DNA of 64,000 bases from an uncultured Armatimonadia bacterium (lineage in GTDB: Bacteria > Armatimonadota > Zipacnadia > CAVVLO01). Shown here piece after piece: positions 1 to 9,942 of this stretch (the stretch's first letter is position 1; every line of letters begins with the position of its first letter). The position numbers and the translations under genes are program-made. The DNA is taken from assembly GCA_963749155.1 (NCBI GenBank), contig CAVVLO010000002.1, positions 1,216,001 to 1,280,000 of the forward strand, written 5' to 3'. The notes beneath the pieces are model-generated. The model ran no database searches. It was not told the origin of the DNA and saw only the letters and a program-made list of their open reading frames with translations.

Positions 1-696
1 GTTGACCGCTATGACCACCACCGAGCCCTTCTCCAGCTCCAAATCGCTGTCGACAAAAGTTAGTTCTTTCGGTTCAGGGATAAGAAGGACGCCTTTCGTT
101 GCCTGCTGCTTGCGCGCAGCCAGCAACCTGGGCCAGCTCGAATCCGGCGTCGTCGCGCTGGCATACATATCGCGACCAGCGTTGTCGTCGAGGTAATAAG
201 TGCCTCTGTCGCCCTCAACTTCCATCGAGACGAACAAATCAAGATACCCGCGCTCCAGGTCCTCTTCTCTCACGAACTCCGTCACATCGAGGGCCGAATA
301 GTCCAGCGCGTTGAAGGCCTCTCCCCCTGCTGTGCAGTTGGCCTCCTCGACTAGTGGCCCGTCCACCGAATGGGCTCTGATAAGGATTGCGTATCGTGTG
401 CCCTTGCCTGACAGCGCCACGAAGTTGTCCAGGTTTACGGTCAGCAGCAGTGGCCGCTCTTTGGGAAGCTCGAATCGCAGCTGCACCGGGACGCCGTTTT
501 CCATACCCGGTAGCAGATAACTCTCTCCCTGCGGAGTAGGAGGCAGCGTCTCGAGCTTGGTCGAGGCGGTCGAAAGGTCTATCCCATATTGCTGCAATTC
601 TGCCAGTTGCGGGGCTAGCCCCTGCCCTGTGCAGGTTGTCGCAAGCAGGGAAACCACCAGCCAGAGCAAAGAAGACCAGGTACGAGTGGGGCTCAT
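1..696 (-). CDS. Secreted protein, 3' end outside window; probable GH20 (beta-N-acetylhexosaminidase-like) glycoside hydrolase
   Basis: Open minus-strand frame from ATG at 696 (RBS AGGAGGT) to the window edge, absent from the ORF track because it has no stop. Signal peptide MSPTRTWSSLLWLVVSLLATTCTGQ; ends ...GVLLIPEPKELTFVDSDLEL, resembling the LIPxP start of the GH20 domain-2 module. Confidence 0.55.
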   Translation of the reverse strand, partial: MSPTRTWSSLLWLVVSLLATTCTGQGLAPQLAELQQYGIDLSTASTKLETLPPTPQGESYLLPGMENGVPVQLRFELPKERPLLLTVNLDNFVALSGKGTRYAILIRAHSVDGPLVEEANCTAGGEAFNALDYSALDVTEFVREEDLERGYLDLFVSMEVEGDRGTYYLDDNAGRDMYASATTPDSSWPRLLAARKQQATKGVLLIPEPKELTFVDSDLELEKGSVVVIAVN

Positions 697-769
697 GTGG
701 GCCCACCTCCTGCATCAGAATACTGCAAGCCGGCACTTCTCCCTGCCGGCTTTCTAAGGGAGCCTTATA

Positions 770-3700
770 ATGGCACGCCTTGTCGCTCTAGTGATTCTGC
801 TCTTCCTGCTTGCGCCCTTCGCCTGGACTGCCCCTGCTGCACCGGGCTTTATCACCGACTGGCAGCTCCTTGGCGCCTTCGATAATCCTGAGGGTAGCCA
901 GCCCAATGCTTCTGGCTTCCGGCAGGATTTCCTTGGGGGCGAAGCAACCGCCAGCCCAGCTCAAAGGTCTCTGGCAGGTAAACAGTGGAAGCCAGCGACT
1001 ACCGACCCTGACGGCTGGCTCAACCTGGTTGGCCAGTTTGACCGCAACGAGAACGCCGTCGCTTATGCTGCCACGACACTGGATAGCCCCTCTCTGCTCA
1101 TCGCCGCTGCTGTATTCAACAGCGATGATGGGGCGAAGCTCTGGCTCAATGGAGAACTGGTTTATGAGCGCGACGGACCCCATGGCAAACCCGAACCCGG
1201 CTCCCTTGTCAACCTGAGGCTGAAGCCTGGCTCCAATCAGTTGTTGGTGAAGATCGTCCAGGGCGTTGGCGACTGGGGTTGTTCACTGCGCCTGCTCAAC
1301 CTGGTAGATATGTCCACCGCTACCAGCCCCTTGCCCTTCGCCCTTACCCGGATAGGCGAATCCTCCGATGGCCACAACCTGCTCGAGGTGCTGCTCGCTA
1401 ATCCGCTTGCCCAGGAATTGGCAGGCGAAGTCGTCCTCAGTGCGCCAGGCAGCAGTGCTGCTCCGCGCATCCAGGTCAGCCTTGCCCCGCAGGCTATCAC
1501 CGCTGTCCGGATGCCTCTTGCCACCCGTTTGGCCCTGGCCGAAACTGTCTCGGTAGAAGTACGTCTGGTCACCCAGGCCGGCATCAGTAAAGCTACCTTT
1601 GACCTGCTGCTCTCGCCCCAATCGAAGCCTGGCGCCGCCTATATTGTTAACCACTGGCATTATGACCCAGTCTGGTGGGCTACTCAGGAATACTACACCC
1701 CAATAGGCCTGACCAACTGCCGCCTCTTCTTCGAATATGCCCAGGCTGATCCCGATTTCGGTGGTATTTTTGCCGAACTTGACTATCTCAAGCCCTGGCT
1801 CATCGTGGGACGCGGGGGAAGGGACGACCTTTTCACCTACCAGAAGACAGGCCAGCTCGAAATCGCCGGAGGGGGCTACTGCGAACCTGCAGAACCCAAC
1901 TGCGGCGCCGAAGCCCTCGCTCGCAACTTTATATATGGGGTTCTGTACAAGCGCGCTTTATTCGATGCGACCTCGCCCGCGGGGATGCAGAACGACGTCT
2001 TTGGCCACACTCCCCAGTTACCCCAGTTGCTCCAGGGCACAGGCCACAAGTATTCTTTTTGGAGCCGAGGCAATCCCGAATCCTGCCCCCCCAACTATTC
2101 CTGGCTCGCTCCAGACGGCAGCACTGTGCTCCACAAGCGCGAGGGCTATGGCAACGGTTATTTCCTGTCAGGTTTCACGCCTGATGTGACCGATCTCCCA
2201 ACTCTGGAATCCCCTTATCGCGCTCTGCAAAGCAACTATCAAGGCCAGCGCGCCGCCTCGGGCTGCCCTCTGACCTTGTTTATGGCTGGCACTGATTTCA
2301 CCGCGCCTATTCCTTATCTGGGCGCCCTCGAGCGCTATGGCAACGCCCAGGGAGAGATTCCCCAGGTGAAGGTAGGCCCTGTGACCGACTTCTTCACCGC
2401 GCTCGAAGACTGGTACGCTGCCCGTCCGCTCGAGCTGCGCGAGATAAGCCGTGACCAGAATCCCTATATGCCCGGTTGTTATACCTCTTATGTGGATACC
2501 AAACTCGCCAACCGCCTGGCAGAACGCCAACTGACCGAAGCCGAGAGCTTCGCCACCATCGCCTCCCTCCTCGGCGCCACTTATCCCGAAGCTGCCCTCG
2601 ACAAGGCCTGGCGGCAGATTCTCTTCTGCCAGCACCACGATGCCATCACTGGCAGCGAAGGCTCTATGACTTATCTCGATTTGCTCAAAGCCTGGCGAGA
2701 AGCCAACCAGCTCGCTGGTGAGGTCCTCGACAACTCGCTGGGTTATCTGGCCGGCGCTGTAGAGACCACCGCTGCCGGCGAAGCAACCGTGCCGCTTGTC
2801 GTTTTCAACCCCTCCTTTACTGATCGCAGTGACTTTGTGGAGCTGGTGCTTGAGCGCGCTCCCTTCGCTGATGGTGGAGTCAGGCTTGCAACCGGCGACG
2901 GGAGGGCGGTGCCCTGCGACCTGCTGGCCCGTGATGAAGCAAGTCTCAAACTGCGTTTCTGGGCGCGCGACCTCCCAGCCTTCGGTTACCGCGTCTATTA
3001 CGCCTCATCCACTTCGCAGACGCCCCTTGCGCCTGTGCCTACCCTGGCGCCCATTACTCTAGAAAACGACTTTTGGCGTTTTGTGGTAGATCCCGCCAAA
3101 GGGGGCTGCATCACCAGTCTGCGTGACCGCAAGACGCTGACCGAGTGCCTTGATGTAAAGGGCGGCCACTACGGCAATGAAGTGATTTCTCTGGTCGAAG
3201 ACGGCACCCAGGCCGAAGCTCCCTGGTCTATCTATACCACCGGTCAGCACTGGTCCTCGGCCAACTGGCCTGCCCAGGTCTCGGTGGAATATGGCCGCAC
3301 CTGCACCCGGGTGCTCATCACCTCGCCCGAGCGGCGCGGTTCTTACTGGGAATGGGCTGGCAACAAGCCTGCGCGCCAGATTGAGGATGGCCAGGTACTT
3401 TGCGCTCTCAGGCAGGAATTGCTCCTCTACCCCCACTCGCCGATTATCCACTGCAAGACGACACTGCTCAACTACAGTGAGACCAACTTTATGTACAAGG
3501 TTGCCGTCCCAGCGTTATTGGCCGGCCGAGTTCCTCTCTTCGAAGAGCGCTTCTACACGATGGGCCGCGACTTCAATACCGAGCCTTTCAACTACACCTT
3601 GCATGCAAATCCTGCTGAACCAGGCCGCGAATACCCCACCACCGATTTCGCCGGGATTGGAACACCTGCAAGCCTGACGGTTGCTGGCAAGCCAGTCTTT

Positions 3701-5913
3701 GCACTTTCAACAGCCGAAGTCATCACCGAGGACACCGAATTGCTCGCCCAGTGCGCCGAGCCTCTCCAGCGCGCTCTGGTCCAGGCTGGAATCACCTGCA
3801 CACCGACTCTCGAGGCCGAAGACCACTCTCCTCGTTATTATCGAGTTCGCTTTGTGCTCTCTACGGGCGCCAGTCCCTTGGCAACCAGTCTCCTGAAAGC
3901 TGCAGGAACCAGGGCTACAGCTGCTGCTGATCGCCAGTTGCATACAACTGGTCAGGCCCGGCTGGTCGTGCCCGGCCTGGCAAACAGTCCGACCGTCCCC
4001 TGCATACTGCTGCTTGCCTCTGATCAGACCAGCTTGCGCGCATTGGTAGCTCAGATTGCTGCCGAACTCGCCTCGGGAAGCCTTGTTATCCCTCCCAGTG
4101 CGGTTTACGCAGAGCTTGGAGAAGCCCCCAAGCCCGGCGGCCTGGTGCTGCTCAACCGTTGGAATGCAGGTGCCGCTATCGAACAAGATGGCCTGGTTAC
4201 CCTCACCCTGCTGCGCTCCTCAACCGGTTGGCCTTCGACGACTGGCTACAACCACAATTTCGAAGCCTCCAACTGGACCGAGCGATTCGAGTATGGCTTG
4301 CTTCCCTTCACCACTGATTGGCGCGAGGCCGACGTGGTCCAACTGGCGGACGACTACAACCGGCCGCTGCTTGCTCAGCCCACAGAAGTCCACACGGGGC
4401 CGCTACCGACCGAGCAGAGCTTTGCCCGGCTTGACGCGCCTGGCGCGCTCGTGGCCTCTCTCAAGCCGAGCCGGCTACCAGACCTGCGTCTTCAGTGACT
4501 CACCGGCTGATCCAACACGACTGGCTCTGCGCGCCTGGGACACCACCGGTCGAGGCGTTTCCGGCCAGTTCCAGCTCTTCTTGCCCCTAAAGCAAGCCTC
4601 CAGCGCGAACCTGCTTGAGGAACCACAGACTAGAGCTTCGCTCGATAAAGGAAAACTTCTGATTGACCTGGCCCCTTGCCAGATCGGCACCTGGCTTGCC
4701 GAGTGTGATAGACCAAAACAGCTTGCTACCGGCACTCGGCACCTTGGTGCTACTCAGGATCCCATCCAGCCTGTTTGGGCTCGCTATTGGCAATACTCGA
4801 GTGGCACTTGGGCACTTGGTGGCCAACCAGTCTCGGTTGCGCTGTTTGAGGAGGACGACAACGTTATCGCCTGCCTTACCAATGATCTGCCTGACAAGGC
4901 AGCCGAGGTCGAGCTTGTGTTGCTTACTGGTGATCCAGTCCTGTCAAAGGCGCCTTCTGCTACCTCGCATACGATTCCCGCGCGAGGCCGCCAGGAGATT
5001 CCAGTCGAAGCGCCTGCTGATGTGAAAGTCGTACGCGCCACAATCGAATATGAAGGGCAACAGTATTCCGATACCCTTGTGCGGGGCTCTTTTGACACGC
5101 CGGCTGTCCGTTTTGCACTGTCGGATACCGAAGCCCAGTATGAGGAACTGCTTCTGACCGGCGAGTGGGCCTTCAACCTCACCGACTCACTCGCTGCGGT
5201 GAAGCCTGACTCGCCCCTCAAAGCCGATGCCCAACTGGTACTTGAGTCGTTATTGGGAGGCTCAGGGCTTTGCCGGCAAAGATGGCCGGGCCGTCTATCG
5301 TAGAGAAGTACTTATCCCGCAGACTTTCGCCACGGGCCAGCTTGCTCTGCTGTGTGAGGGGGGAGTTGACGACAAACTTGAGGTCTATCTCAACGGCCAG
5401 CTCGCCGGTCGGTACGATGGCCAGGCCAACCAGCGCTGCTTCATCACGCTCGATACAGCAACTGTGAAGTTCGGTCAGCCCAACCTTATCGCTCTGCGCG
5501 TACTCGACACTGGTGGTGATGGGGGTTTCGCTGGGCCAGTCTTCCTGATGGCAGGTGAACTCGACAGTCTGCTGACCGAAGCCGCTGGCGAGTTGGTGCT
5601 TCACCCCGGCCAGACAGCCCAGTTGCCAATCCAACTGAGCAACACCAATGCCTTCCTGGTAACCGGCGAGCTTCAACTGCTTAGCCCTGTCCAGACCTGG
5701 CCCGGCGCTGCATCCCGAGAGCTTGGCGACCTGGCAATCACCCCTGATGTGCAGCCGATTGTCCTTGCGGCAGGAGAGAGCAAGACCTTCACCTGCCAGG
5801 TGCAAGTGCCCAGTTGGGCCGAACCGGGTACTTACTGGTGCCTTGCCCGTCTGGGCACGATGGGCAGGCTCAGCTATTCAAAGCTACTCCAACTGGTAGT
5901 CGAAGCGAACTAG
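770..5913 (+). CDS. Large multidomain secreted GH38 alpha-mannosidase, split by two frameshifts (near 4490 and near 5225)
   Basis: Signal peptide; N-terminal beta-sandwich (SDDGAKLWLNG); GH38 motifs HWHYDPVW, DVFGH, QHHDAITG. The C-terminal part continues in ORF 4056..5303 (LALRAWDTTG...ANLLEEP) and ORF 5227..5913 (GH2-like sugar-binding domain GGVDDKLEVYLNG). Confidence 0.85.
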
Positions 5914-5936
5914 ACGGTTGCCGACCTGCAAAGCAA

Positions 5937-5971
5937 GAAGGGCCCCGGCGCTTGCCGGAGCCCTTCCTCTT
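5937..5971. terminator. Hairpin terminator between convergent genes
   Basis: GAAGGGCCCCGGC-GCTT-GCCGGAGCCCTTC imperfect inverted repeat followed by a pyrimidine-rich tract. Confidence 0.6.
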
Positions 5972-5994
5972 CTACTTTATCGAGTGGGGACAAC

Positions 5995-6645
5995 CTAGAA
6001 ATTCATGTTGTAGCTGACGCCCCAGCCATTTTCATCCGCTTCGAACCAGCCAATTGTAAGGGTCAGTGCGGGCAGGTCGGGATGGGTATAGCGCACGCCC
6101 CAGTTCCAGTCTTCCGAGTCCCACTCGGCGATTGCCTGCAGGCCGAAGTCCCAGATGACCTCGCCGCCAGCGAACAAGGCGTCATACATGCCACCGCCGA
6201 TGCCAGCGCTGAGATTGATTGCTGGTGCCAGTCCACCTTCACTAGGTTGATAGCTGTAGGTGCCGGCCACATACATACTGCGGTCTTCTTCATCCGAGAT
6301 GTCCATTACTCCGACAGCCAGCTTGAGTGGGAGCAAATCTTCGCCAGCAGCATCCTGGATTGGCAACAGGGCTTTGGCAGATAGCACATTGCGTCCATCG
6401 CCACCATTGTAATCGAAGCGAGTATAGGTGACTTCAAATTTGCCATCCAGCCCGAAGGTAGCCCCATACAGGTCAACATCTTCATAAGGTGCCCTGTAAT
6501 AGTTGACCAATAGAGCCCCGTCAGGTGCAACCAGAGCCGTCGGCACAAACAACAAGCCGGTCTGGCCCAGGAAATTCTGTCCGGCAAAGCTAACAGCTGT
6601 CAATCCGAGTACCAGGGCTACTGCAAGTAATAACGAACGCTTCAT
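5995..6645 (-). CDS. YjbH-like outer-membrane beta-barrel protein (paralog 1)
   Basis: Signal peptide, GQTGLLFVPTA motif, LAVGVMD strand, amphipathic strands, C-terminal aromatic residue (YNMNF). Confidence 0.7.
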   Translation of the reverse strand: MKRSLLLAVALVLGLTAVSFAGQNFLGQTGLLFVPTALVAPDGALLVNYYRAPYEDVDLYGATFGLDGKFEVTYTRFDYNGGDGRNVLSAKALLPIQDAAGEDLLPLKLAVGVMDISDEEDRSMYVAGTYSYQPSEGGLAPAINLSAGIGGGMYDALFAGGEVIWDFGLQAIAEWDSEDWNWGVRYTHPDLPALTLTIGWFEADENGWGVSYNMNF

Positions 6646-6683
6646 CTCGGTTCACTCTCCATCTGGTCGAAATGGTATTGCTC

Positions 6684-6712
6684 AACTATACCACACACTA
6701 GTCACCTTACCA
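6684..6712 (-). promoter_or_regulatory. Sigma70-type promoter of barrel paralog 1
   Basis: Minus strand TTGGTA-17 nt-TATAGT with extended -10 (TGTGGTATAGT). Confidence 0.6.
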
Positions 6713-6749
6713 AAACAAAAACGCGGACCCCCGTAAGGGTCCGCGTTTT
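6713..6749 (-). terminator. Rho-independent terminator of barrel paralog 2
   Basis: Minus strand ACGCGGACCC-TTACGG-GGGTCCGCGT followed by TTTTGTTTT. Confidence 0.8.
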
Positions 6750-6770
6750 GACTACAGGTTGCTGAACTGG

Positions 6771-7448
6771 CTAGAAAGCCTGGTTGTAAGTGATAGAGAA
6801 AACGTCAGTTTCCCAGACATCGCTATAACCGATGGTCAGCTCGGGCATTGTATTCGGATTATACTCCAGGCCCCAGTTCCAATCTCGGTCGCTTTCGCCA
6901 GTGTCCAGCTTCTCGTACCAGGCGGCGAAGTCGCCCAGATCAGCCTTTATCGCATAAAAGACATCGTCGAACATCTCGTTACCAGTTCCCAGTGAGAACT
7001 CCAGGGTCGAGATAGCATCGCCAATAACTGGCTCACTCAGTTCGTAAGTGTAGGTGCCTACTACGAACCAACTACGAGCCCAGAAGTCATCAAACAGGTC
7101 GCCTACGCCCACCGCCAACTTAAAGGGCAAGTCGAACTCGGGGTCGTATTTAGTTAGGTCGAGTTGGTATTTGGCCGTGAAAACATCGTCATCGCCCCAT
7201 ACACCATCGAACTTGCTGTACCCTAGCTCTAAGTTGTTCCAGCCAATCCCCAGGTTCCAGATATTGAAGCTGTCTCCTGTATCAACATAACTGTATTGCC
7301 CGGTCACGCTCATACTTGGGATGACATTGGCACTTGGCACAGTGCTATAGCCAGTCGTTCCGTACCAGGTTATGGGCACTGCGCCGGCAGTTAGCATAAC
7401 TCCGACGAGTGCAACCACTACTACAAGGAAAACCAGCTTGCCTTTCAT
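6771..7448 (-). CDS. YjbH-like outer-membrane beta-barrel protein (paralog 2)
   Basis: ATG at 7448 with GGGAGG RBS; signal peptide; GTTGYSTVPSA motif; C-terminal YNQAF. Confidence 0.7.
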   Translation of the reverse strand: MKGKLVFLVVVVALVGVMLTAGAVPITWYGTTGYSTVPSANVIPSMSVTGQYSYVDTGDSFNIWNLGIGWNNLELGYSKFDGVWGDDDVFTAKYQLDLTKYDPEFDLPFKLAVGVGDLFDDFWARSWFVVGTYTYELSEPVIGDAISTLEFSLGTGNEMFDDVFYAIKADLGDFAAWYEKLDTGESDRDWNWGLEYNPNTMPELTIGYSDVWETDVFSITYNQAF

Positions 7449-7526
7449 ACTGCCTCCCGCGTTTTGAGGACGCCTCCTGTTGTATTGAGCCAGCCGTCGA
7501 GCCCACAAGCTCCGGCTTCAACTCCT
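7449..7526 (-). repeat. Conserved structured 5' leader, copy 1
   Basis: Near-identical to 8321..8398; bulged hairpin plus AGGA-GGCG-TCCT mini-hairpin upstream of the RBS. Confidence 0.75.
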
Positions 7527-7547
7527 ACGGTACAGGTATCTGAAATC

Positions 7548-7558
7548 ACTATACCACA
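7548..7558 (-). promoter_or_regulatory. Extended -10 promoter element of barrel paralog 2
   Basis: Minus strand TGTGGTATAGT, identical to the element upstream of paralog 1. Confidence 0.5.
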
Positions 7559-7578
7559 CGAAGCCTGAGTCCCCTGCC

Positions 7579-7613
7579 AAGAAAAAGCGCGGACCCCCGT
7601 AAGGGCCCGCGCT
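7579..7613 (-). terminator. Rho-independent terminator of barrel paralog 3 (homologous to the one at 6713..6749)
   Basis: Minus strand AGCGCGGGCCC-TTACGG-GGGTCCGCGCT followed by TTTTCTT. Confidence 0.8.
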
Positions 7614-7636
7614 CGGTACTACGCTCGAAATCCTGC

Positions 7637-8320
7637 TCAGAAGGCCAGGTTGTAGGCGGCGCTGAAGATGTCGGTGTCCCAGGTATCACTGTAGCCAACA
7701 GTCAGACCAGGCAGTGAATTGGGATTGTATTCGACACCCCAGTTCCAATCGCGGTCGCTTTCGCCACCTTCAATTTTCTCATACCAGGCGGCAAAATCGC
7801 CCAGGTCGGCCTTGATGCCGTAGAAGACATCGTCATACATCTCGTTGCCGGTACCCAGCGAGAACTCCAGGGTCGGGATTACGTCACCGATGATCGGTGA
7901 GCCAAGCTCGTAGCAATAGGTTCCTACGACATACCAGCTGCACCGAAGCCGCTGTTGTCGAAGATGTCGCCTACGCCAACGGCTACCTTTATGGGCAGAT
8001 CGAACTCGGGGTCGTATTTCGAGATGTCGAGTTGATACTTGGCCGAGAAGTAGTCCTCGTCACCGAAGGCGCCACTCCACTTGCTGTAGGTCGACTTCGA
8101 AGCCGTTCCAGCCGGCGCCGATGCTGTAGCAAGATCGATGCCGCCCTCCGCGTCGATGTAGTTGTACTGTCCGGTCGCGGTCATGCTTGGGATGACGTTG
8201 GCATCCGGCATGGTGCCGCAGGCCAGTCGCGCCACCGAAGGTCAGGGGGCCTGCGCCAGCGATAAATGCAACGCCGACAAGTGCAGCCATTACTGCGAGT
8301 AGAACAAGTTTGCCTTTCAT
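7637..8320 (-). pseudogene. YjbH-like barrel paralog 3, broken by several indels (pseudogene or sequencing error)
   Basis: Fragments in three frames (8060..8380, 7924..8235, 7637..7840) match paralog 2 closely: MKGKLV..., NVIPSM, KYQLD..KYDPEFDLP, ESDRDWNWG..YNPN, YNLAF. Confidence 0.7.
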
Positions 8321-8398
8321 AGTGCCTCCCGCGTTTATAGGACGCCTCCTGTTATTGAGGGTTAGCCGTCGAGCCCGCAAGCTCCGGCTTCAACCCCT
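8321..8398 (-). repeat. Conserved structured 5' leader, copy 2
   Basis: Near-identical to 7449..7526; begins immediately after the stop codon of paralog 4. Confidence 0.75.
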
Positions 8399-8399
8399 G

Positions 8400-9065
8400 C
8401 TAGAAACCTTTAAGTAGTGAGTACGTAACCCCGATCAGCGTGTTATCGCGCGCGTCGGCAAGCGTGAACCTCAGGCCTTCGACACTCGGTAGGCTGTATT
8501 CGATTCCCCAGTTCCAGTCGTCGCTGTCATATTCGCCGATCAGCCCCAGGCCATTGTTCCAGCCGAGTTCCACGCCGTAGAAGATGCCATCGAAAAAGCC
8601 CCCACCTATGCCCAGGTTGGCATTAAAGGTCGGGATTGAATCACTCAGCTTTGCGCCCAATTTGATCGGCATCGACCCAACTACATAGAAGCTCTGATCG
8701 ATTTCATCGGTCAGGTCGATAACGCCAACGGCTACATCGAAAGGCAGTACGCGCGCGCCCAAACCACTAAGAGGAAGATACTGGTATTTCAGGTCGAGTA
8801 GGGTTTCGGTGCCATCTCCCTCGAGTTTAGCGATGCTCCCCTCAAACGTCATGAATCCGCCAGTCAGCGAATAGGCTTTTGTGTCGCCAGGGTCATCTGT
8901 GAAATAGGCGCTTCCCATAAAGCCCAGCGTGCCAGGGATTTCAGCCGTAGGGGTAAGCAGCAGGCCAGTCGGTCCGAAATAGCTCTGCCGACCCGCCTGA
9001 GCGCCAACTGCAAGCACTACCAGCAGACCGAGCACAGCTAATCCAACCAGCGGGGTTCTTCTCAT
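8400..9065 (-). CDS. YjbH-like outer-membrane beta-barrel protein (paralog 4)
   Basis: Signal peptide; GPTGLLLTPTA motif; VAVGVIDLTDE; EYDSDDWNWG; C-terminal F. Confidence 0.7.
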   Translation of the reverse strand: MRRTPLVGLAVLGLLVVLAVGAQAGRQSYFGPTGLLLTPTAEIPGTLGFMGSAYFTDDPGDTKAYSLTGGFMTFEGSIAKLEGDGTETLLDLKYQYLPLSGLGARVLPFDVAVGVIDLTDEIDQSFYVVGSMPIKLGAKLSDSIPTFNANLGIGGGFFDGIFYGVELGWNNGLGLIGEYDSDDWNWGIEYSLPSVEGLRFTLADARDNTLIGVTYSLLKGF

Positions 9066-9074
9066 TTGCTTTGT

Positions 9075-9851
9075 CTAGTCCTCCGTCAGCTCAAGCAGCA
9101 TCTGAGCATTCTTTACTGCCTGGCCCGCATAATGGTTATTGAAGTATACCAGTGTTAGTTGGGTTGTGGCCTCTACCTGCCGTATCTTGGGCAACCATTC
9201 ACGAAGTTCTTCCATATTGTAAAGGTAATCGTAACGTTCCCAGGCTTCGGTGTGATGCCACCATTTCGCGCTGTTGCGCCCGTGAAAGCGTATATACCCA
9301 ACATTGGAAGTGGCTCTGGCTTCAGGTGGCATCAATCCCTTCAATTGGGGTTCATCCACCGAACAAAAACCGACCTTGTGCCTTGTCATCCACTCAAAGA
9401 CGCTTTCGCGCATCCATTCCTGGTTGCGGAACTCAAATACGAGAGGCAGGTCCCCCAGTTCGCCGACAAGCCTCTCGAGAAGCTCTTTCGCAGCTTTCTC
9501 TGGTTTCAGCTTCCAGGGAAACTGACAAAGTACCGCTTGCAGTCCGCCAGCTTCCACCAGTGGCGAAAGCTCCTGTCTATATTTGACCATTAGGTCGCCG
9601 AAAGTTTCAGTTTCGACCTCATGGGTCAGCCCTTTATAAGCCTTGACGCTAAAACCAAATCCATCTGGCGCCTTCGCAAGCAGTCGCTCGAACAGTCTTG
9701 GCCCAGTCAAGGCATAGAAAGTCGAGTTTATCTCCACCGATTTGAACTGCTGGGCATATAGGGAAAACATTTCGCCCTTTTTCGTGCCCTCAGGATAGAC
9801 TTTGCCCACCCAGTCGTCATAACTGAAGCCCGAAGTGCCGACGACCAGCAT
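9075..9851 (-). CDS. DUF72 (YecE-like) protein
   Basis: GTSGFSYDDW, VEINSTFY, KAY..LTH, QFP, EFR, YIRFHGRN, YDYLY, YFNNH motifs. Confidence 0.92.
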   Translation of the reverse strand: MLVVGTSGFSYDDWVGKVYPEGTKKGEMFSLYAQQFKSVEINSTFYALTGPRLFERLLAKAPDGFGFSVKAYKGLTHEVETETFGDLMVKYRQELSPLVEAGGLQAVLCQFPWKLKPEKAAKELLERLVGELGDLPLVFEFRNQEWMRESVFEWMTRHKVGFCSVDEPQLKGLMPPEARATSNVGYIRFHGRNSAKWWHHTEAWERYDYLYNMEELREWLPKIRQVEATTQLTLVYFNNHYAGQAVKNAQMLLELTED

Positions 9852-9889
9852 CTTGCGTCCACTCCCTTGCCAGCAACTGCCAGCCAAAT

Positions 9890-9922
9890 AAAAAACCCGG
9901 GCGTTTGCCCGGGTTTTTCTTT
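9890..9922. terminator. Rho-independent terminator after ugd
   Basis: AAAAAA-CCCGGGC-GTTT-GCCCGGG-TTTTT. Confidence 0.85.
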
Positions 9923-9942
9923 CGACATAAAGCAGGCGAGGC

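Noticed and set aside
239..736. 165-aa ORF from the ORF track
   Set aside because: An overlapping minus-strand frame (696 to the window edge) has an RBS, a signal peptide and more protein-like composition.
6713..8398. CRISPR or REP-type repeats; c-di-GMP riboswitch
   Set aside because: Only two copies of each motif, each tied to a duplicated gene. The leader lacks the full conserved core of the c-di-GMP-I or -II riboswitch as far as I can judge by eye.
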